Origin: an uncultured bacterium | GTDB lineage: Bacteria > CAIJMQ01 | Assembly (NCBI GenBank): GCA_964573245.1 | Contig: CAZNJA010000005.1 | Span: 1-34,825 of the forward strand | Reading direction: 5' to 3' | Length of the DNA stretch: 34,825 nt | In this document: one piece after another, positions 19,810 through 26,639 of the stretch | How positions within the stretch are numbered: position 1 is the first letter of the stretch | Layout of the letters: each line of letters opens with the position of its first letter | Notes under the pieces: model-generated | What the model saw: only the letters and a program-made list of their open reading frames with translations | What the model was told of the DNA's origin: nothing | Database searches by the model: none | Program-made: the position numbers and the translations under genes

Positions 19810-20107
19810 AATAATCAAGAGACCTGCCCGCAAACCTGCCCGCTTCGCCCGCCATTGAATCAGTGGCGAGGCAAGCAGCAGGCGGGGAATTGGCAGGCGG
19901 GCAAGAAACAATAACCAAACAAATCGCAATTCCCAAATTTCAATAACCAAATGGCTTGTTCCTTTGAATAATTATTTTTGTTTGGTGTTTGATTATTGGT
20001 CATTGTTTATTTTTTTGCCCTCTGGAATTTCGTAGAAATTCCGAGGATTTAGTCCCCGCAATCTTTCAGATTGCAGGGGATCTCTTATTTCTTGGTTATT
20101 GGTATTT
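19810..20107. repeat. Inverted 7-nt-periodic arms (AATAACC-type / GGTTATT-type) with nested palindromes
   Basis: CAATAACCAA... left arm and ...TTGGTTATTGGTATTT right arm. Nested CCTGCC elements at 19823-19901 and a bipartite hairpin at 20017-20080. Confidence 0.7.
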
Positions 20108-21917
20108 CAGCCGTTTCTTTTGTTTTTATTTTCTCTATTTCCTCATCTATTTTCTTTTGTATTTCTATGAATTTTTTTCCTGCCTGCTTATTTTGCTTTG
20201 AAGCGGACAGGCCTTTTCCTTTTTTTTCTTCAGGAATTCTTTTCATTCCCGTTATATCTTCTTTTATTTTCATATTCAAAAGTTTTTCTATCGGGGTATT
20301 TTCTTCCGTTGCCTGCAGCATTTTATGATGCAAGTATAATATGGTTCTGGTCATCAAGAACTGTTTTTTAAAACTCGTATATGTGTCGATGCTGTCAAAT
20401 GCGTTTTGATGGAGGAAATCGTCTCTTATGGAACTTGCTGTATATAAAGTTATCCTGTCCTTTGGCGAAAGCGTTTCCGCGCCCACAAGCCGAACTATTT
20501 CCTGCAAATTTGCTTCCTCTTGCAGTATGCGCATACATTCCTTTTTGTTTTCCTCCCAATCTTTGCCGAACTGGTCCAAATAATGTTGTTCAAGATTGTC
20601 CACATAAAGCGAATAGGAAGTAAGCCAATTTATTGCGGGAAAATGCCTTTCGTATGCGAGTTTGTCTTCCAATCCCCAAAAAACCTTGACTACTTTTAAT
20701 GTGGATTGGACTACCGGGTCTGAAAAATCTCCTCCGGGCGGGGAAACAGAACCTATTACAGATAGACTACCGGTTCTTTCTTCTTTTCCCAGACATTGGA
20801 CTTTGCCTGATCTTTCGTAAAACTCCGCAAGTCTTGAAGCAAGATATGCGGGATAACCTTCTTCTCCGGGCATTTCTTCCAATCGTCCTGAGATTTCTCT
20901 GACTGCTTCCGCCCATCTTGATGTGGAATCCGCCATTACGGCAACGTTATATCCCATATCCCTGAAATATTCCGCAATTGTTATTCCTGTGTATATCGAA
21001 GCTTCTCGTGCGGCAACAGGCATATTTGAAGTATTGGCTATAAGAACAGTGCGGTTTATCAAAGGCTGGTCTGTATAAGGGTCGATTAACTCCGGAAATT
21101 CCATCAAAACGGATGTCATTTCATTGCCTCTTTCTCCGCATCCTATATAAACTATAATTTGAGCGTTGCTCCATTTCGCGAGTTGGTGTTGAAGGACTGT
21201 TTTGCCGCTTCCAAAAGGACCCGGCAGGCATGCTGTTCCTCCTTTTGCCAACGGAAAAAGAAAATCCACTACTCTCTGTCCCGTTATTAAAGGGTTGTCA
21301 GGAGCAAGTTTCTTTTTATATTTTCTTTTTGTTCTGACAGGCCATTTTCTTAGCATATTTATATCTTTTTTATTTCCGCCTTCTGTTTCTATCTGCGCAA
21401 CGGTTTCTTCTACTGTATATTCTCCTTCATTTATTTTATTTACTTTGCCTTTTACTGCCAGCGGAACCGTTATTTTATGTGTAATTACCGATGTTTCTTG
21501 GACTTGTCCTATGATATCGCCTTCTTCTACTTTGTCGCCTTTCTTTACGGTAGGTTTAAATTTCCATTTCTTTTCTCTGTCAATTCCCGGAAGTGTCAGC
21601 CCTCTTGAAATATAATCGCCCATTTTTTCTCTTATAACATCCAAAGGGCGCTGAATGCCGTCAAAAATGGATTTCAGAAGTCCGGGGCCAAGTTCTACGG
21701 AAAGAGGAGCGTTCGTTGATTCAACAGGTTCCCCTGGACCGATGCCTGATGTTTCCTCATAAACTTGAATGGATGCATTATCGCCTTTAAGCTCTATTAT
21801 TTCCCCGATTAAATTTAAGTTGCTGACTCTGACCATATCATACATGCGCGCATCAGGTATTCCTTTTGCTATTACAAGCGGTCCGGATACTTTTATTATT
21901 TCGCCTTTTTTGTTCAT
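20085..21917 (-). CDS. atpA: V/A-type ATP synthase catalytic subunit A
   Basis: Walker [32 protein letters not shown] and [12 protein letters not shown]. No intein. Confidence 0.96.
   Translation of the reverse strand: MNKKGEIIKVSGPLVIAKGIPDARMYDMVRVSNLNLIGEIIELKGDNASIQVYEETSGIGPGEPVESTNAPLSVELGPGLLKSIFDGIQRPLDVIREKMGDYISRGLTLPGIDREKKWKFKPTVKKGDKVEEGDIIGQVQETSVITHKITVPLAVKGKVNKINEGEYTVEETVAQIETEGGNKKDINMLRKWPVRTKRKYKKKLAPDNPLITGQRVVDFLFPLAKGGTACLPGPFGSGKTVLQHQLAKWSNAQIIVYIGCGERGNEMTSVLMEFPELIDPYTDQPLINRTVLIANTSNMPVAAREASIYTGITIAEYFRDMGYNVAVMADSTSRWAEAVREISGRLEEMPGEEGYPAYLASRLAEFYERSGKVQCLGKEERTGSLSVIGSVSPPGGDFSDPVVQSTLKVVKVFWGLEDKLAYERHFPAINWLTSYSLYVDNLEQHYLDQFGKDWEENKKECMRILQEEANLQEIVRLVGAETLSPKDRITLYTASSIRDDFLHQNAFDSIDTYTSFKKQFLMTRTILYLHHKMLQATEENTPIEKLLNMKIKEDITGMKRIPEEKKGKGLSASKQNKQAGKKFIEIQKKIDEEIEKIKTKETAEIPITKK
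20179..20211 (-). mobile_element. 33-nt CCTG..CAGG palindromic element in frame in atpA
   Basis: CCTGTCCGCTTCAAAGCAAAATAAGCAGGCAGG encodes [11 protein letters not shown]. Confidence 0.75.
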
Positions 21918-21934
21918 ACTTTTTTAATTTTTTT

Positions 21935-22061
21935 GATTACAGCGATTTCTAAAATACGAGATTACAGGGATTAACCCCATCAGAAACCCCGACGTAACGT
22001 CGGGGCGAGGTAAACTAAATCTTTAATCGCTGGAATCTTTATTTCTAATCTCCGTAATCTT
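21935..22061. repeat. Inverted GATTAC-type arms enclosing a CCCCGACGTAACGTCGGGG palindrome
   Basis: GATTACAGCGATT / AATCGCTGGAATC and AGATTACAGGGATTA / TAATCTCCGTAATCT pairs. AACCCCATCAGAAA is a variant of the CCCGTTAGA end. Confidence 0.65.
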
Positions 22062-22063
22062 CA

Positions 22064-22672
22064 TTATATTGTTTGTCTTCCTTTAAACGCTTCTTTTAAA
22101 GTAAGTTCATCGACATATTCAATATTTCCGCCTACAGGAATACCTTTTGCCAGGCAGGAGACCTTAACTTTAAAATTTTTCAGCAATTTTACCATGTAAT
22201 GCAGAGTAAATTCTTGGTTTGTCGCCAATATTATTTCTTTTATATGGTCTTCCTTTATTCTCTTAATGAGTTTGTCCACTTTTAAATCCTGGGGATTTTT
22301 GCCTTCAAGCGGCGCAATGCTTCCGTGCAGGACATAATAAAGCCCTTTGAAGATTCCGCTTTTTTCGATTAGAGCTACTTGATGCGGCTCTTCCACAATA
22401 CAAATCTTGTGTTTATCTCTTTGGGGATTTTCGCAAATAGAACAGAGCCCGCCTTGACTCGCTGTATTTGGCGAGGCAGGCTTTCCTTCAGTAAAAGAAT
22501 TACACTTATCGCAATACCCTATTCTTTCAAGATTTTTTATTGCTTTTATAAGCGGTTCAATTTTATGCGGTTTATCGAGCAAATGCAGAGCGACTCTTTC
22601 AGCCGACTTCGGCCCCAAAGAAGGCAGTTCCGTCAAACGCTCGATTAACTCTTCTATGCTTTTTGGATACAT
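22064..22672 (-). CDS. recR: Recombination mediator RecR
   Basis: LPSLGPKSAERVA (HhH), CxxC...CxxC zinc finger, ICIVEEP and GIPVGGNIEYVDELTL. Confidence 0.93.
   Translation of the reverse strand: MYPKSIEELIERLTELPSLGPKSAERVALHLLDKPHKIEPLIKAIKNLERIGYCDKCNSFTEGKPASPNTASQGGLCSICENPQRDKHKICIVEEPHQVALIEKSGIFKGLYYVLHGSIAPLEGKNPQDLKVDKLIKRIKEDHIKEIILATNQEFTLHYMVKLLKNFKVKVSCLAKGIPVGGNIEYVDELTLKEAFKGRQTI
22448..22480 (-). mobile_element. 33-nt CCTGCC..GGCGGG element in frame in the recR zinc finger
   Basis: CCTGCCTCGCCAAATACAGCGAGTCAAGGCGGG encodes PASPNTASQGG; same ends as the element at 18246-18294. Confidence 0.85.
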
Positions 22673-22698
22673 AACTATCTCTCACTGCGTTCGAGATG

Positions 22699-22751
22699 AA
22701 ATTAAAAATTAAAGATTAAAAATTAAATATACATATTAAATATCAAAAATT
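22699..22751 (+). repeat. 7-nt-periodic arm (TAAAAAT-type), left of the nuclease gene
   Basis: TAAAAAT TAAAGAT TAAAAAT TAAATAT ACATAT TAAATAT CAAAAAT. Confidence 0.7.
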
Positions 22752-22848
22752 GATAGCTATTATACCTTATCGCTGTGTAGGTAGTAATTTTTAACCCCAT
22801 GTCATTCCCACGCAGACTGGAATCTAAAAACAAAACTACAAAACTCTG

Positions 22849-23886
22849 TTACTCATTAAATGATACTTCTGAACCAATTTCTAATACTTTTAAATATTTT
22901 TTATACTCATCTCTTAATTCCGAAGTTAATTCTGAGAAGGTCTTTATAATTGCATCTTTTGAAAGGGTAAATGTTGAATCTTTTTCATATCCATATAAAA
23001 AACAATGAATATTGCTTGCATTGGGTTTATGTTTCTGGATTAAAGCTTTATAGGTAAGTACTTGCCCGATATCTGCAGCTTTTAATTTAATCCCGGGTGC
23101 TTTTAATTCAATGATTACAACGTCTTGCGTATACGGAACCACTTTCGCAATAATGTCTGGTCGTTTTTTTGTTTCAGGATCATCCTTTAAATTCATGTCT
23201 AAATATTTTGACAACGGTTCATCACTAGAAACAATATCAAAGTTTTTTCCTAAAAGCCATGTATGGTTTTCAAATATATGATGAACATCTGCCTCTTGTT
23301 TTTCTGGGTTTTTTATAATTTCTTCAAGCAAATCTATAATCTTCAATTTTTGATAAACGAGAGATGTCATCATTGAAACTTGATTTAGGCGGAGATCATT
23401 TAAAAGTGCGCTAAATTTGGAAAGATCTACAGATGTTGTTTCTGATATTTTTTTTAAAATTAAATCTATTTTTTCTGCTTTTATTTCATATATCTTAACA
23501 GCAATTCTATCAAGTGATTCAAAACTAGATTCACTTAATTTTAAAATATTAGGATTAGCTAGAACTTTTTCAAATACATCTGGATCTTGTTCAATTAATT
23601 TTTCAAAACCTTTACTATCTGTTACATTGATTGTTTTCTGCCAACCAGTAAAATTAATTAAATCACCATCAATAAGTTTTTTAAGATTCTGCCAATCAGT
23701 AAAATGAAGATTAAACCTTTGGTCTTTATTTTTGGTTTTCCCCCAGAAGTTTTTTTCAAAAATAATATAGTTTTTATCTGGTTTATCTTTCCAACCGATT
23801 ACAGCAAATTTAACTCGTCCACTATTCCATTGACGAGTATCTGCTTTCAATTGTTTCGGTCTATTGTCTTCCCTTTTTTCAATCAT
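22849..23886 (-). CDS. Stand-alone PD-(D/E)xK nuclease, putative anti-phage defence protein (Shedu-like architecture)
   Basis: C-terminal EADVHHIFENHTWLLG...KRPDII...IIELKAP...IGQVLTY. Interrupts the normally adjacent ybaB-recR pair and looks AT-richer than its neighbours. Confidence 0.7.
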   Translation of the reverse strand: MIEKREDNRPKQLKADTRQWNSGRVKFAVIGWKDKPDKNYIIFEKNFWGKTKNKDQRFNLHFTDWQNLKKLIDGDLINFTGWQKTINVTDSKGFEKLIEQDPDVFEKVLANPNILKLSESSFESLDRIAVKIYEIKAEKIDLILKKISETTSVDLSKFSALLNDLRLNQVSMMTSLVYQKLKIIDLLEEIIKNPEKQEADVHHIFENHTWLLGKNFDIVSSDEPLSKYLDMNLKDDPETKKRPDIIAKVVPYTQDVVIIELKAPGIKLKAADIGQVLTYKALIQKHKPNASNIHCFLYGYEKDSTFTLSKDAIIKTFSELTSELRDEYKKYLKVLEIGSEVSFNE

Positions 23887-23951
23887 ATTATGCTACTACC
23901 ATTTCTTTATCTCTGATTTTGGGTGTGTGGCATTACTTAAAGGTTTCAGAG

Positions 23952-24005
23952 AATTTTTAAATTTTGATTTGTATTTTTGATTTTTGATATTTAATTTTTT
24001 ATTTT
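23952..24005 (-). repeat. 7-nt-periodic arm, inverted partner of 22699-22751
   Basis: Reverse complement TAAAAAAT TAAATAT CAAAAAT CAAAAAT ACAAAT CAAAATT TAAAAAT has the same register, including the single 6-nt unit. Confidence 0.7.
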
Positions 24006-24009
24006 ATTA

Positions 24010-24324
24010 TTATGTCAGCCCCGGAATATTCATTCCCCCTGTGACTTGTGAAAGTTCTTCCTGCATCATTTCGCGCGATTTTCTTGTTGCTTCGTTTATA
24101 GCCGCCTGAATTAAAGTTTCCAGCATCTCTATATCATCGGGGTTTACTACTTCTTTGTCTATTTTTATTGACACCAGTTCCTGTGCCCCATTCATTTGGA
24201 CTTTTACCATTCCGCCGCCGGCTGTGGCTTCAACTTTTTTGGAAGATAATTCTTCCTGAACTTTTGCCATTTTCTCCTGCATTTTTTGCGCTTCTTTTAA
24301 AAGTTTACCCATGTTCTTAGCCAT
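24010..24324 (-). CDS. ybaB: YbaB/EbfC nucleoid-associated protein
   Basis: [23 protein letters not shown] and [17 protein letters not shown]; lies downstream of dnaX. Confidence 0.95.
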   Translation of the reverse strand: MAKNMGKLLKEAQKMQEKMAKVQEELSSKKVEATAGGGMVKVQMNGAQELVSIKIDKEVVNPDDIEMLETLIQAAINEATRKSREMMQEELSQVTGGMNIPGLT

Positions 24325-24348
24325 TTTTTATCTCCCGTTTATCTTTTA

Positions 24349-24458
24349 CCCACGCACCAGTCCTTCCACTAATATAATGGTGGACGGTGCGGCCCAGCAC
24401 CAGAACAAAGTTCGGTGCTGGATTAGTCCCATACCAAAGCAAATCTTTTGGTGCGGGA
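24349..24458. repeat. Three tandem GCACC..GGTGC hairpins (REP/BIME-like)
   Basis: Units at 24349-24392, 24393-24421 and 24427-24458. Confidence 0.7.
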
Positions 24459-24485
24459 GGTTTCGTCTTCCCCTAAAGGAGAATC

Positions 24486-26096
24486 CTATTCCTTCTGGGA
24501 AGGCTTCACTATTCGAGCATTAAATTTTTTAATGGTTTTTTCGATTATATCCTCTTTTTTGTCTTCTTGTTTCTCATGATGGATGAATTCTACCTGGATT
24601 TCATGCCCGATTTTTTCTTTGATTTTGCTTTGTATAAACTTTTTGCTTTTTTCCAAAGTAGTTTTAAAGTAATTGTTTGTTACGGGCAGTTCTATTTTTA
24701 CTATATTGTTGACCGCTTCAATTATTTTGCTGTTTGCAAGCAGTGTTGCAAGTGTTGTGCTTTTGTCTTTTATATCTTTTAAAATTCCCGCCCATATTGC
24801 TTTTAAGTTTTCGAAATTGATTTCGTCATACTTTTTTTTATTTTCCTGCACAGCAGGGTTGGGGGGGGGCGAATCGGAATCTTGGGTGTTTTTGGTGTAG
24901 GAGGCTGTGTTTGGGTCTTTTTTTTCTTTTGGTTCTTCCGCTTTTTTTTGTGTTGTTGAAATTGTCTTGTCGTTTTTTAAGGGGGATGTGGCTGCATTTT
25001 GCGAGTCCAACTGTTTAATCAAGCCCAGCATATAAATTTCCAAATCCATCAGCATGGATTCGCTTCTTTTTATTTTATAGGATATGGAAGATAATGAATC
25101 TATCAAAAAGAGGATTTGTTCTTCGCCGAAACTTTTTGAAAGTTCTTTTAATTCTGTCCGGTGATTTGGACTTGTGTCAATCAGGTCGAAAAATTCGTCC
25201 CCTTCTTTTACCAAAAGCATGTCTCTTAAAAAATGCATAAAGTCTTTAAGAAGTTTCGGGATGTCTTTGCCGCGCTGATTCAAATCGTTTAACAACTGCC
25301 ACATTTTTGCCGCGTTTTTTTCCGTAAAAAGTTTTGCAAGGTCGAAGAATATTTCTTCATCCACCAGCCCCAAAAGTTCTTTTGCTTTGTCTATTACTAT
25401 GTTACCGTTTGTAAATATCGATAGTTGTTCGAGTATGCTCTCGGCGTCTCTTAAACTGCCTTGAGAAAATTTTGCTATCAGGAACAAACTGTCGGAGTCT
25501 ATCTTTATTTTTTCTTCTTCAGCTATCGTTTTAAGTTTTTTTTCTATTAGACTTGTGGGAATCCTTTTAAAGTCGAAACGTTGGCACCGCGAAAGAATGG
25601 TAAGTGGGATTTGGTGCGGCTCAGTGGTTGCGAATATAAATTTCACATGGGAGGGCGGTTCTTCCAATGTTTTTAAAAGTGCATTGAATGCTTCTTTGGT
25701 CAACATGTGAACTTCGTCTATTATGTAAATTTTGAATTTGGATTTTGATGTGCCAAATTTTATGTTTTGCCGCAGATCTCTTATTTGCTCAATGCCGCGA
25801 TTCGAAGCGCCGTCTATTTCTATAACATCCAAGCTTCTGTTTTCCGTAATTTCCAAACACGAAGAGCAACTGTTGCATGGCTCTGTTTTTGTGTCTTTCT
25901 CACAGTTTATGGCTTTAGCTAAAATCCTTGCTGTGGTGGTTTTTCCGATACCTCGGGGACCTGCAAATAAATATGCGTGATAAACCCTATTTTGTTTTAA
26001 GGCGTTTTGCAGGGTGAGAGCAATATGTTCCTGTCCTAAAATATCACCGAATTTTTGTGGGCGCCACTTCCTCGCCAAAACTTTATATTCCGCCAT
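24486..26096 (-). CDS. dnaX: DNA polymerase III subunit gamma/tau
   Basis: YKVLARKWRP, GPRGIGKTT, IIDEVHML, FNALLKTLEEPP and TILSRCQRF. Confidence 0.97.
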   Translation of the reverse strand: MAEYKVLARKWRPQKFGDILGQEHIALTLQNALKQNRVYHAYLFAGPRGIGKTTTARILAKAINCEKDTKTEPCNSCSSCLEITENRSLDVIEIDGASNRGIEQIRDLRQNIKFGTSKSKFKIYIIDEVHMLTKEAFNALLKTLEEPPSHVKFIFATTEPHQIPLTILSRCQRFDFKRIPTSLIEKKLKTIAEEEKIKIDSDSLFLIAKFSQGSLRDAESILEQLSIFTNGNIVIDKAKELLGLVDEEIFFDLAKLFTEKNAAKMWQLLNDLNQRGKDIPKLLKDFMHFLRDMLLVKEGDEFFDLIDTSPNHRTELKELSKSFGEEQILFLIDSLSSISYKIKRSESMLMDLEIYMLGLIKQLDSQNAATSPLKNDKTISTTQKKAEEPKEKKDPNTASYTKNTQDSDSPPPNPAVQENKKKYDEINFENLKAIWAGILKDIKDKSTTLATLLANSKIIEAVNNIVKIELPVTNNYFKTTLEKSKKFIQSKIKEKIGHEIQVEFIHHEKQEDKKEDIIEKTIKKFNARIVKPSQKE

Positions 26097-26107
26097 ATCT
26101 ATAACCA

Positions 26108-26317
26108 TTTCGGAATGCGGATTTCGGAATGCGGAATGAATAATCTAAAAAGCGCAAGCCGAAATTTACAATCCAAAATCATTTTTATATTTTTGTATTA
26201 ATTTTTTATTCTGCAATCCCTGCCCGACAATATTTGGCAGGCGGGCGTATTCCGAAATCCGCAATAGTTTCTTCAGTTGTTTGTTTCTCCGCATTCTAAA
26301 ATCCGAAATCCGCAATT
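26108..26317. repeat. Inverted 7-nt-periodic arms (ATTTCGG/AATGCGG vs ATCCGCA/ATCCGAA) with a nested 27-nt CCTGCC element at 26219-26245
   Basis: ATTTCGGAATGCGGATTTCGGAATGCGGAAT left arm; ATTCCGAAATCCGCAAT and ATCCGAAATCCGCAATT right arms. Confidence 0.75.
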
Positions 26318-26321
26318 GAAA

Positions 26322-26603
26322 CGGTGATCATGCACCTTCTTTTCGTTCTTCCTTTCTCGGCAATTATCAAGCAGGTAACTCCAGCCAGACTAAACCCTGC
26401 GGCGCCCAGAGTTTTTTACTTACCGCTGCTTCCTTCCAGACCTGACGGGGTTCGTAAATCTCTGTCGCACAGGAGCTAGCTTTCATTGTCCCTTGCTTAA
26501 ATCTTAAACCCAGAAAGAATAAGACCTCCAAGAAGGAATTAAGCCCTGCTGTAGCGGATTGCAGGTTCAGGGCACCGCTATCTCCCCGCTTAGCATGACC
26601 ACC
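26322..26603 (-). ncRNA. ffs: Large (Alu-domain) bacterial SRP RNA
   Basis: 5' GTGGTCATGCTAAGCGGGGAGATAGCGGTGCCCTGAACCTGCAATCCGCT; helix 8 CCGTCAGGTCTGGAAGGAAGCAGCGG; complementary 3' GCATGATCACC; lies upstream of dnaX. Confidence 0.93.
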
Positions 26604-26610
26604 AGCGGCT

Positions 26611-26639
26611 ATAATAACCAAAAGGAAATTTTAAGTCAA
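26611..26639 (-). promoter_or_regulatory. Sigma70-type promoter of the SRP RNA
   Basis: TTGACT-N17-TATTAT ending 7 nt before the RNA 5' end. Confidence 0.7.

Noticed and set aside
22699-24005. Integron cassette or classical IS around the nuclease gene
   Set aside because: No convincing attC site, integrase, transposase or target-site duplication is visible.
26367-26621. 84-aa minus-strand ORF
   Set aside because: It coincides with the SRP RNA.
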